A DNA stretch of 64,000 nt from Ostrea edulis (lineage: Eukaryota): positions 43,090,001 through 43,154,000 of the forward strand of contig NC_079170.1 in the NCBI RefSeq assembly GCF_947568905.1, written 5' to 3'. Position numbers and translations under genes: made by a program. Under the pieces are notes generated by a model. That model did no database searches. It saw only the letters and a list, made by a program, of their open reading frames with translations, and was not told the origin of the DNA. Below are positions 39,101 to 50,532 of the stretch, one piece after another (position 1 is the first letter of the stretch; every line of letters begins with the position of its first letter).

Positions 39101-40904
39101 GGCCACAGTGGTGCATACTGTGAGTTATCTCCCTTAGATTGAGTCTCATATTTAACTTTTATAGGCTGGTAGTGTTGTTAATGGTCAACAAATTAGTGAC
39201 GTGCAAGAATTAAATTTTCACATTTTTAAAATGTTTTTATGGAATTTTTTTTTATTTTTTTTTTACAGTTTCAGCATTGTGGTATCAGAAAATTAATTTA
39301 ACTGTGTTTGATAGTATGTTGCAAAAGTATTAAAAGCGAAATATCTAGATCAGTGAGGAATCACCTGATTATGCTGTTGTCCCAGTGTTTGCTTTGTAAT
39401 TTGATGTGCAGTGATGTATACTATTAATTGTAAAAATCTACAAAGAAAAAAAAAGGCTAGCAAAGCATTTTATGTTTTAAAATTTCTTTTATAGCAAAAG
39501 AATCCGAAGTTGTTGAGATAAAAATGAACAATTTAGCTATAAAATTATCAAAACACATTTCTGGGGTTTTCTGTTTGCTTTTTGCTAAGCTCAAATGTTT
39601 CACATTTGTTTTTTATATATTATATGGTAATATCATTAATTATTTGAGATATTAGTCAAATTTTCCATGATAAATTTCATGTGATGCGGGAAGGTGTTTG
39701 TAATTGTAGGTCAATCAAGATGTACCACAGCAGGAAGCAACGCATGCCGTCCAGACATTAGCCGACGTAGCGGTCAATCAGCAGGAAGTAGTCACGATGT
39801 CCGGCATGCAGATGACCCCAGTCAGCGTCGAGATAAATTCGGACACTATTGGACATCGCATCGCTCATATAAATGAGGACGGCCACATTGTTCTGTCGGG
39901 GGATGACCTCGGAGGATCACAAGGTAGGACTCGGTTGCCGACTTGTAATTAAGCATACCTGTATATGGCAGATATACGTAATTGATACTTTAAATAACTG
40001 GTGTATCTCGGCTGGATTGTGTGTGCAGGTCTGTAACTCAGAGGTTATGTCACAAGACTAGAGATCCACAGATTGCAATTTTAATTATATTTAGAATATT
40101 TGTTTGTTTTATAGTTCCACAGTTTTGTAATTATTTGGGGGGTCTTCAATTTTCATTTAATATGTTCATAAGTTAGGCATCATTACGATAAGCTGACTAG
40201 TGAAACTTCTAAATAAAATGAAATTTCCATCAAGATAATCTGATAGTAACACCGCATTGCACACTTTTTGGAATTGAGAATTTTATTGAATGTAATGAGA
40301 CACCTCAATATCTTGGTACTTGAAGTATTATAATGATCAATTTTACATTGACTTTTGGTAGGATGTTAAAAGATTTCAATGAATTGAATTTTTTCAAAAG
40401 GTTACATGTCCTTATCTGTGTGATACTTTGAGCCACTTGATCACAGGATGCATAATTCTCTAAAGCAACATGATTTATAAAAGCAGAGGTCAATTGTTTA
40501 TGTCCAGACATAATAAGTTATAAACTTAAAACGATAAGATATAATCTCCGTTTATGTTTGTCATGTGAAAGTTTGTGATCAGAATCAATTACGTAGCTCA
40601 AATGCCTTAAAACATCTAGTAAAAAATTGGAACTTTGATTTGACCTAATTCTATGAGATTTTTCTAATTTGACCTAATTCTATGACATTTTACAGGAATT
40701 GTGATCCCCGTCTCCTACACCCTCCCTCATTCAGCCGTCGTTTCTGTGACAACTTTTGATGCCCTACAAACACAATCCGGACTCCAAGTCGCCATGGCTC
40801 CAATGACAATAACAAAACAAGAAGCGTCGGAGAACATTCAGGAGGAGATCACCGAAGCATCATGTGACATGTCACTGGAGGACAGTGACGATAAATTAGA
40901 GTGA
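33167..40904 (+). CDS. NRF1: Nuclear respiratory factor 1 (NRF1/erect wing/P3A2 family transcription factor)
   Basis: Exons 33167-33356, 33639-33753, 34564-34696, 35408-35554, 37611-37769, 38904-39119, 39710-39923, 40696-40904, all GT-AG and in frame. Diagnostic peptides RPHTFETNPSIRKRQQTRLLRKL, YTTRVGQQAVVL, FIPEMLKFSTGRSKPGWGK, WWPNDVPWANVRSDVR, VSWTEALRTIVNNCYKHHGREDLL, QVAMAP. Confidence 0.96.
34676..34992 (+). repeat. 35-37-bp minisatellite = NRF1 exon tail + donor, 8 extra copies
   Basis: Unit CAGCCATTAGAGACTGTG|GTAAGTAGGTTAGGAACTC derived from exon end CAGCCATTAGAAAATGTG|GTAAGTAGG (34696). Confidence 0.95.
36011..36878. mobile_element. Non-autonomous Kolobok-like DNA element with nested foldback MITE
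   Basis: AGGGACTG(G/A)TTCA termini, TTAA right flank (TGAA left); homologous to 43713-44214 in opposite orientation. Confidence 0.75.
36219..36563. mobile_element. Foldback-type MITE with long TIRs and inverted internal sub-repeats
   Basis: TATGGTGTCCGGATAGGG..TTTGCAAA..TTAGTCACAACACG / reverse; CCAACAAGCAAC arrays mirrored by GTTGCTTGTTGG; ATTTTG duplicated on flanks. Confidence 0.85.
38653..38781 (+). mobile_element. Solo tRNA-like terminal repeat / tRNA-derived repeat (NRF1 intron)
   Basis: TG...GGCCAGATAGCTCAGTTGGTGGAGCTCCTGACTAGAGATTCAGG..GGGTTTCAATCC...ATTACA; same family as 25342. Confidence 0.55.
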
Positions 40905-41765
40905 TCTTGTGGGGGGGGGGGGGGGGGGGGGGGGGGAGGTAGATCTCATCACGTGTGTGGAAATTGGAAACATCTGTGTGTGTTTGTGTGCAAGCTTTCT
41001 AATCATCATGTTTTCTGTGATTTTCAATTTAGTTGTTACAAACATTTTGATTGTATGAATATTTATTACATGTTTAATATTCAGTTTCTTATTTCATGTT
41101 GAAATGCATCTTGGGTGTATATGTTATATTGTACAATCTGTTTGTTGTCAGCAAGGAGCATGAAATTTCAGTACTGCCTTTCTGGATCAAGTGATATTGT
41201 ATGTCCTCCGTATTTAAAATTTGTAAATACCAGCCAGCGTGACAAGATTGAAATTTCCGTCTGTAGCGACTGACTGCTAGCGTTAAAGTGGGGTAATCAT
41301 TTCCAGATATCAACAATATAAAAACGAGTGATATTGACAGTAACACTGATTTTGGACTGGCAGTATGTTTTACACAACAGAAATTACAAACTCAGTGACT
41401 GTGAAATAAATTACAAACTCAGTGACTGTGAAGCTCATTCATACTTGTTCTGACACACTGTTGTATCTGTAGATAATAAACGATTTAAAACTTTTCAAAT
41501 GCTGGATTTCATTCAATACTTTTTCTTGTACACTAAGAAAATTTGACATGTGAACAGTTTTCCAAACACAAGAGGGATAGAACCTCAGTATTTACCGAAG
41601 TAGATAAAACGTGATGTAGAGTTTCTATATCTTCTACCTGGACAGTGAATTATGTTTATTACCAATACATTTACTATACTTAGCATTGTAAAACCATATA
41701 GCAGGATCATAGCGGCTTTGTAATGCTAGATAGTGCTATGAAATTGAACAAACATCTAGGCTATC

Positions 41766-42530
41766 CTAGGGTATCAAGTCCCTATTTATTCCTATATTTT
41801 CCTATCCAAAAATTGACAGTCCTATTTTTAAAAATGATAAAACAAGACCCCCCCCCCCCCCCCAAAAAAAAAAATCCAGGAGCTGATGCTAGATTGATAT
41901 TTAATTACATTGTTGTGTCGCCTGCGTTACACGCAGTGGCGACATATAGGGATCACTATCCGTCGTCCTGCGTCGTCGTCTGGCGTCGTCATCGTCACAA
42001 AAAATTTCTGTCACAGTTTTCTCAAGAACCACATGGGGCAACTCCCTGATATTTGGCACAGAGCATCAGTGTGGCCAACTGTATTGTGTAAGACATTTTC
42101 GAATCTGTCGCTTATCAACTTCCTGTTTGCCGGGACTTAGAATTACTTTTTCAACATTATACGTGATATATTACATATAGAATGAACTAGCAGGCGACAC
42201 ATGTCTTCCGGGGAAGACTTAATACTGAGTTATGAAGAGAATAACTATCATGATGATTGTATAAGAACTGTCTATTGGATGGAAAACTGTCCACATCTGA
42301 AAGGATTTTTTCTTTTGTTTATATGTTTAATGTTATTTCTTCTCCAGTAAGATGCTATGCTTGCTAGATTTTTAAGCAGAAACAATAAACTTTTATACCA
42401 ATTTTTTTTAATAAAACCCCTATTTATTCCTATGAATCTACTGTAAAAATCCCTATATTTACCCTATAAACTGCAAAAAAAAAATCCTATAATCCTATAT
42501 TTTTTAGACCAAAAGTGGCTTGACACCCTG
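41766..42530. mobile_element. MITE (CAGGGTGTCAAG-type termini) carrying a nested Helentron/HINE-like insert
   Basis: TAGGGTATCAAG / CTTGACACCCTG, flanks CTATC/CTATA. Nested 41905-42230 has sub-terminal IR GTGTCGCCTGC / GCAGGCGACAC, (GTC)n tract and 3' hairpin GTCTTCC-GG-GGAAGAC. Confidence 0.6.
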
Positions 42531-43286
42531 CTATACCTACGTAGGGATAACGAGCGTCAATTCATACAGTCCATTCTACAGACCTAGATGTCTATCTAGG
42601 CTAGCTGCTATGATCTTGAACGCAATCCAGTGCTATATAACCCAAGAAATTCAAATATACAATTACGTACATTTCATATTGGTTATAGCACCCAGGACAT
42701 AGCTAAAGGGGTTTTGGTGTGTACTAGGCAGGGGTTTATGGGTCCATGGCAAACCCTGAAGGGGGAGGGATGCAGCCCCAGGAAGCCGGTGGATTCTTTG
42801 GCATCTTGACAGGAGCTTAGCACCTTCCAGAGGACATGAACTTCATTATTTTGCTCAGATAATTCCATGCATTTTTATACAGTAAAAATAAGAATTGTAA
42901 TAGAAATTTCAAAATTGAAGAAAATTTCTGTATTTGTTTAATTTTCTTGATATTTTTGGTGAACACTGATAATGAGAAGAGAAAGGATAAACGATGTTTT
43001 TTCCTCGAAATGAAATATGTAATGACTTCATCCAACTCAATGGAAAATTCAGCTTTATTAATATATATTTTTAAAATATATTTTGTATATTTATTGCAAT
43101 TGGACGTGGACACTTTGAAGTAGGTCTTATGGCTAAATACGCCCCTGTGTAGCACTATTGTTACCGACGCACAGAGTGGCGATAGAATAACTCCATTCAG
43201 AGGGAGTAAAAGGAAGATAGTTTTATTTCCATAGTAAACATGTACATACCAGTTCCCATTCATATAATTACTCTGAATTTTGAATA

Positions 43287-45905
43287 TCAGTGATATGTTT
43301 GACACCAGGGTGGGCAGTGTGACCAGCACAAGATTCTGGACATCATGTTAACGAAGGGATGGACAATGGTGTACATGGGTCTGTACGGACCGAAGCGCTT
43401 GGCGAAGTTCCTGGCACACGTCTTCAGGCAGTGGACGCTGAGACGGCTGTACCCGGCAGGACGAGATTCAATTTGGTTGGTACATTTTCCATTCCCGTAC
43501 AATGTTCTACTGACGTGAACAGCACGTGATATCCCAACTCCATATTCAAAATAATATCCTTTGTACACTATCCAGACGTGTTCAGGCTCTTTGAAGGAGA
43601 ATCTCTGAGGCGCATAGTTCCTTTTCATTCGGCCAATGCAATCAACGTTTGTTCTTCCGAAGAAGTACGGATATTTCCCGGGGCTCCTCTCTAATGAAAG
43701 ATAAAATATTAAAGGGACTGATTCATGATTTTCTCCAAAATTCTATTTTTCACTTTTAATGATCAAATATGTTTAAAAGATTTCACATAAAAATTAAGGT
43801 TGTACATTATCACAGAAGCTCATTTTAGAGAGTTTATTATTTGTTTTGTAAACAAAGATTGCGGTATGTTATTATTTACGAAATTTTCAAAAGAAATGGA
43901 TATCGATCTAAGTTTATTGTAACTTTCACATTTCAAGCATTCTTCGGATAAAATGTTTCATCTTAAGTTAAAATGTGCGACTATGCAAAATTAAGATGCT
44001 TTTTATTACAACATTGATATTTTACTTGTTTGTTTGTATACATAAAAAGACTCGAGTCTTTGTTTACATAACGCATATTCAAGGCTAAAATATAGCTTTT
44101 ATTCTTGCATTCAGAAGGTTAAAATTTTGGTTGTCAACATTAAATGAGTTATACTTTTAATATTAAACATGAAAAATAAAAACTAATTTGTTCAAAAATC
44201 GTGAACCAGTCCCTTTAATATCGATGTATTCATTTCTAGTATGAGGTTTTGATAATACCTTATTTAACAGCGCAACTTTGTATGCACATGATTATGTCGC
44301 CCTTTTCACCAAATAAAAAAAAAAAAAAAAAAAAATCTTATATCGTGGATAAAAAAAAAATCTTTGCCTCATTCTCAACTAAGTGTTATAAGAAAGAATC
44401 CTAGATATATACATATATACATTCAGAAATATATATGAGTAAAGAAATATGAAAGAATTATAATGTTTTATAATTTCAATCACAATTTTTAAAGAAAAAG
44501 TTTACAGGTCTTTTCTAAAGGCATAGGATATTAGTGAAAGGTAAAATTGTTTGTGTGAATATTGCTAAGACGTATCTCCATGGTAATTTTCTCCCCAGAA
44601 CTCATCAAAACGAATTCTTATCGTCATGCAATATCGACTCAAAGCTGGGTATTCATATTTCTATTGTACCTCCCGCAAATTTTCATGAAATAATGAATTT
44701 TATTTGTTTTTGTGATCGCTTTACGTTAATGTGAAAATATCTTATGATATCGATATTTTTTTCTGTGGATTTTTCTTTTATTTGTCAAGTATCTGTAAAT
44801 GTCCGAATGCAACTGAAACTCTAGCTTCAACAAACATTGCTCCTTCGCGTAGTCGGTCAAATTTTAATCCCATTTATTACATTTATTGTTCCCAAAATCC
44901 GTGGTATAGTGTTCGGTCGTCATCGCCTATACCGATAGTTTATCCATACAGTGTTGAAGTTCTGTAGTTAATCATTTCGAAAGTTACATACATGTAAAAG
45001 CCCCACATGTCTCACCAAAATTTGCATAAAGATCTCACCTCTACAATTCCCACCAATTACCCGAAAGTAGGACAGCAACAACAGTCCACAGAGACAAAGC
45101 GATATCTGTAATTAAAAATCAACAACGGTACACAAAGCCATATCTGTAATTAAAAAACAACGGTCCACAGACACAAAGCGATATCTGTAATTAAAAACAA
45201 TAGTCCACGGACACAAAGCGATATCTGTAATTAAAAATCAACAGTCCACAGAGACAAAGTGATATATGTAATTAGAAATCAACAACGGTCCACAGACACA
45301 AAGCGATATCTGTAATTAAAAACAACAGTCCACGGACACAAAACGATATCTGATTTTTGAATTACAGATATTGTTCTGTGTCTGTGGACTGTAAATTATC
45401 AGACCGGTTGTTTATTTTTAGTCCGAAGACAAAGCGATATCTGCACATGTGATAGTTCTACCGGACTAACTGTTTCATGTATAGTCCATGCTCGCTATAT
45501 GTACAGAGTACCAACCATGTACAATTTGATACATATATAACGGTGTTTTTTAACAACGTGAATTGAAATAATGATAATGATTAATGGTGATTGGTTTTTA
45601 TATAGCGCTTTTCCAGCGTATGCTGCTCAAAGCGCTTTACAATACATTATTACCCCGACAGACCTTACTCTCTCAGCTTCCTGGGAAGCATACAGTGCAA
45701 GCTGCCATTACAGGCGCTAGAGCACTAACATCCTAACAATATCCTTCACTTCACTTCAACTTCAATTCAATAACACTTCAATTGGTACGTCACCATGGTA
45801 ACACATTTAGGAGTACATACAATATATACTATTAAGTACTTACTCTGTTTAACATTTTCGTCAGCGACCACTATACTGAGGCAACGCAGACCAGACTTAA
45901 CAAAA
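43287..45905 (-). CDS. Uncharacterised Cys-containing, probably secreted protein (PPPDE/permuted NlpC-P60-like motif pattern)
   Basis: Terminal exon 43287-43690 (acceptor TTCATTAG, 133 open codons: RSPGKYPYFFGRTNVDCIGRMKR...HVWIVYKGYYFEYG...HPFVNMMSRILCWSHCPPWCQTYH*). A 62-nt upstream exon 45844-45905 (TTTTCAG / AGA|GTAAGT) joins in frame giving ...SIVVADENVKQKRSPG. Start exon not found. Confidence 0.6.
43713..44214. mobile_element. Non-autonomous Kolobok-like DNA element
   Basis: TTAA|AGGGACTGATTCA ... TGAACCAGTCCCT|TTAA. Confidence 0.85.
45075..45445. repeat. ~42-bp tandem array with one inverted unit
   Basis: CAACAGTCCACAGAGACAAAGCGATATCTGTAATTAAAAA x~7; inverted copy at about 45352-45392. 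Confidence 0.85.
45580..45765 (-). mobile_element. SINE 3' part (Deu/Nin-domain-like)
   Basis: Reverse strand GCTTCCCAGGAAGCTGAGAGA...AAAGCGCTTTGAG...AAAAGCGCTATATAA followed by a simple-repeat tail; family assignment from memory. Confidence 0.5.
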
Positions 45906-47971
45906 CTGAAAATTAAACCACCCAATCTCCCCCAGCCCAGACGTTACAGACGCTGCACGTGAGAGGTCAACACTTCTCTCTTTATCCTGTGGCTGTACGT
46001 AACACGAGATAGTAAATGTTTGTAAACATATTTTAAAACCGAAGTTATGTTGACCACCCACATATAGCTAAAGCTGTTACACTGACTAGAGACCGACTTA
46101 ATATCATAACACATATCGCAAACACATTAGTTTACAGTGAAAGCAAAACTATACACACGTACGGTGTAGTATCGGATAATCTGAAACAATAGTGGTACAA
46201 TTCGATTTCCTCCCATGGGTACCCCTCCTCCACCCCCCCCCCCCTTGTTTTCCCTTTATAACCTACTTTTATCTAGATATAAAAAGGGGACGCAATCGCA
46301 TGGGACATGTAATAATCCAGATGAAATAACATAATTAACATGATAATATTTTCAATATAATAAATATTTAGATTTAAATAATATTTAAAAATCGGTGTAA
46401 AAGTAAGAAGCACATACTACATGTACATGCATTCCATCGATGAAGCCTTGGACTTTGACGGAAATCTTGCGTTACATTGTAATTTAATTAGATTTATTTT
46501 CTATGAGAAAAAATGTTCTTTTCTAAAAATTAATTTAGACAAGGAAGTACATGTATCAGACAGAACACATTTAAAAAAAAAAATGATATCCCTCGTCTTA
46601 AGGACGTGACATCTCTCATACGTTTTTATCATAGACATAATATGTCTATGGTTTTTCTTCACTGATATCCGTCCTCTTTTGCTGTTTAAAAAATGACAAG
46701 CGAGGCAAGAATAGTAAGTACATTTTTCCGTTTCTAAATTTTCCTAGGCATATTGGACTTTACATGTAGGTACAGATATAATGAAAGGAGATTGAATGAT
46801 TTAAATCAAGATAAATGTTTATCAGTTGTAAATAAAAAAAAAAAATGATGAAAGTGAGATTGATCAAATATGACTTTAAAAATGACTAGAAGCCGATCTT
46901 TTTGCGCTTGAAACTTTGTAGAAGAGCTATCAGCTCTTGATCAAAATATAAAAGAATCTAATTTTATAAAATTGTCTACGGTAATTATGAATTGATTTTA
47001 TTTCATATTTTTGTAGAAACGGTTCAGGTAATATTTTACCAAAATATTTGCATGAAAATACAATTTCATTAAAATATCTTGATAAAACATGCTCTTCTTA
47101 AAGTCATTCAAGGTGAAATAAACCAAACAGTAATCAAAATTTTGTAAATTCTTATTGTTGATATTTATTATTTGATTCAAAATGATACCATGATTTCCAA
47201 AATCACACCGTCCATTTCTCAGATATGAATTTATACGATCGTCAAACATTGAATACTTTAAAGTCCTGATATCAACGTATATATAAAGATCAAGTATCAA
47301 AGGTTTTAGAACTACATGTATACAGTAAATAATTGAAATATCTAATTTGATTGATAATCAATCATCAAAAATCGCCAGACTATTCAAATGTAATTTTTTT
47401 TTTCTATTCCTTTTCTTAAACTAGGTTAGTCAAGGTATCAGGTCCTCAATACTAAACCTTGGTATTGCCATATATAATTAATATCAATCAAAATTTTTAC
47501 AACAGTTAATTATAGACAAAGTATCGCATGTTTTCTGATAGTATATCAATGTATTTCGAAGTATCAACAGGTTTGCCATATCAAATCATAGTTAAGGGTG
47601 TAATCTATTTACATGTATATACTGTATTATTGGTTTATCAGGAAAATGAAAGAAAAGGGGGCAAAACCGGTTCCTGACCACATAAGTGAATAAGAGATAA
47701 AGAAACTTGGAAAGAGAGACAACCCGAATGAGAACTAGTGAGAAACCGATAACCTACAAGAAGACTATAGACTACAGGAACATTGTGATAGTACTAAAAA
47801 AATCAGGATTTAAGGCTATCACGGTCAGGAAAGATACAAACATAGCAAAGAGGAGGTATTGGGTTTTATAGATTACACATCATGTATTCACTTAATAATT
47901 GTAAGGGTTTTAGCATGCCCTTACAAACCCACCTGCCGAGGGAAGGAAAGGTGGATAAAAAAACGCACTAT

Positions 47972-48385
47972 ATATCAGGGATCAAACAGAAGTGGGTACA
48001 GTATATCAGGGATCAAACAGAAGTGGGTACAGTATATCAGGGATCAAACAGGAGTGAAAATGCAGAAGTGGGTACAGTATATCAGAGATCAAACAGGAGT
48101 GAAAGTGCAGAAGTGGGTACAGTATATCAGGGATCAAACAGAAGTGGGTACAGTATATCAAGGATCAAACAGAAGTGGGTACAGTATATCAGGGATCAAA
48201 CAGGAGTGAAAGTGCAGAAGTGGGTACAGTATATCAGAGATCAAACAGGAGTGAAAGTGCAGAAGTGGGTACAGTATATCAGGGATCAAACAGAAGTGAA
48301 AGTGCAGAAGTAGGTACAGTATATCAGGGATCAAACAGGAGTGATAGTGTAGAAGTGGACACAATATATCAGGGATCAAACAGCA
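47972..48385. repeat. 30/45-bp compound minisatellite
   Basis: CAGAAGTGGGTACAGTATATCAGGGATCAAA +/- CAGGAGTGAAAGTG; explains the repetitive ORFs at 47859-48414. Confidence 0.92.
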
Positions 48386-49147
48386 GGGAAGTAAATACTG
48401 ATGGCATCAACTAGAAACAATTCTCAAAGGACTACGTATTAAAGAGACGATATGGATAAGTATGCAAGGGAGTTCCGCTCGAGAATCCTTGGAAGAGTAG
48501 AACGAGCATGCATTACAACTGCTTTGATCAAAGAAGAAGAAGACGAAGAAGAAGAAGAAAAGCGAACACAAGATCTGCACCTGGACTACTTGGTATTCCA
48601 TGTAATTTGTATAAAGAAAACTGATAGATGCTAAGAAAACGGGAGAATTCCCTCAGATTGGTGAAAGTGGACTTTGATTTGTTCTAACGACAGGAATTGT
48701 CGTGAAATCCCGAGGCATCTCACTGGTAAGTGTGGAGGTCAAATAGAAGATACGTAGTTTCAGATATTGCCAGACGTATCACTGCATGATTATGACAGAG
48801 AACGAATCCTAGACAGAGAAAAGAGACTTGTAGTAAGTACCTTTTGAATAGAATTTCCAGTGCATACATTTTACGAAAACAGGAAAATGTCCGTAACAGG
48901 GAAGGCAGGATTTTCAAACGAAAGGCGACTAGTGTTTCCAGATGTACAGGTATATGAGGCTACTACATGTATGTGACCAGATATAGTGGCAGAAGACTGT
49001 AGTAGTGGTTTTAATGTTAATGGTACCCCGGAAAGAAAGATACGAGGTAAAAACGTACAGAAGACAGATAAGTTTATCATATCTGAAACTGGTTTAAACA
49101 TATCAGTTGCTTGGATTATACCCCAAAGTTTATTTTACTGGAATTGG

Positions 49148-49420
49148 TTGGTTGGTTGTATGATTGTTTAATGTCGTGCTCGAGAATTTCTCACTCATGT
49201 GGATACCTCACCACTGACGGCGAAGGGCTGCAAAATTTAAACCTATGCTCGACACTTAGCACTTACAGCCTTTGAGCAGGAAGGAGTCTTTATCGTACCA
49301 CACCCTGTTGTCACAGGGACTCAGTGTTTGCGGTCTCATCCGAAGGGCTGCCCTATTTAGTCGCCTCTTACAACAAGCAAGAGGTACTAAGTACCTATTC
49401 TGAGAAAGACCCCCGGGCTA
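49148..49420 (-). mobile_element. SINE 3' portion related to the 28439 family
   Basis: (TTGG)n tail then GAGAATTTCTCACTCATGTGG..AAAATTTAAACCTATGCTCG..GAGCAGGAAGGAGTCTTTATCGTACCACACC. Confidence 0.6.
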
Positions 49421-49591
49421 TGATGCATACTAGAATTTGTATATATGTATGTTTGACATTTACTGTCGGTAGTGAGGACGTATAGAGAAATTTGGTGGAC
49501 GAAGACAGCATTGACGTGAATCAGTGCAATGACTGAAGGTAAAGGATGCTATTCTGTAGGCTCAATATCACAACTAAATTATACGTCATCA

Positions 49592-49712
49592 TGTCAAATT
49601 GTACGTCATCATGTCATTCTTTGTACGTCATTATGTCATTCTTTGTACGTCATTATGTCATTCTTTGTACGTCATCATGTCATTCTTTGTACGTCATCAT
49701 GTCATTCTTTTT
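49592..49712. repeat. 22-bp tandem repeat, ~5 copies
   Basis: TACGTCATCATGTCATTCTTTG. Confidence 0.9.
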
Positions 49713-49863
49713 ATTCGTAATAACCACCAGACTTTTTCATTTTAAAGCAAAATAACGTACTACTATACATTAGACGTCACTAATCTGAAACAACCCGATG
49801 TTGTCACCTACCTCTCATCGATTGATGTGTAGCATGCATTACAACAATTTGTAGAAACAGAGA

Positions 49864-49950
49864 TCCAGGGGTTCGTGTTTGCACAACTCTCTACTCTGTA
49901 TTCCTTAATGAAGTTATGAGATTGATCACTGTTCGTTATCTTCACCTTTC
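49864..49950 (+). mobile_element. Penelope-like retroelement 3' end fragment (copy a)
   Basis: CCAGGGGTTCGTGTTTG...TATGAGATTGATCACTGTTCGTTATCTTCACCTTT. Confidence 0.65.
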
Positions 49951-50231
49951 AGATAACAAATTGTAGAAATAGAGACAATTAAACATGTGAAAGCTCACTA
50001 TCCCGTATCCCGCCTTCTCCCCATCTTAACAGCGAGAGTTTATCGTTACTATTAAATGTGATGTTTAAGAGTCACTTAGCGAAAAATGCATTGTAGTTTG
50101 AATAACAATATCTTTTTCCCATCCGTATCAATACTATAAAAACACAGAGAAGAATTTAATCTGATAATTTAGTATAGCGAAATGATTCTATTCACCAGTC
50201 AATTTTGAAATAGAGGCAATTTGTTCATATA

Positions 50232-50532
50232 CAGGGATTCAACAGTCTCGTTTGAAGTCAGCATTTGGCAAATTCTATTGTCGTCCTAATGATCTTATCT
50301 GCAAAATGTTAGACTATTTCTCACACAATGGTTTGACTACGAATTACTCCGTTTACCTGATCAAGATTTATAGGGCTCACGGCGGGTGTGACCGATCAAC
50401 AGGGGAAACTTGCTCTTCCTACGCTCCTGATACCATCGCTGGTGTGTCCAGGGGTCCATATTTTCCCTACCCTTAATTCTGTATTCTTTATGGGATTCAT
50501 GAGATTGATCACTGTTCGTTATCTTCACTTTT
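50232..50532 (+). mobile_element. Penelope-like retroelement 3' end (copy b)
   Basis: Encodes a remnant of QSRLKSAFGKFYCRPNDL followed by the shared 3' tail. Confidence 0.7.

Noticed and set aside
40600-40695. Duplication before the last NRF1 acceptor as an acceptor-anchored array
   Set aside because: Only two copies of TTTGACCTAATTCTATGA, containing no AG/exon sequence; not the mirror of the donor arrays.
42817-43329. 170-aa minus-strand ORF
   Set aside because: Low-complexity AT-rich translation lying in the 3' UTR region of the 43287 gene; no motif.
47859-48414. Repetitive ORFs (QKWVQYIRDQT / AEVGTVYQGSNRS)
   Set aside because: All frames open only because of the minisatellite; no start or splice context.
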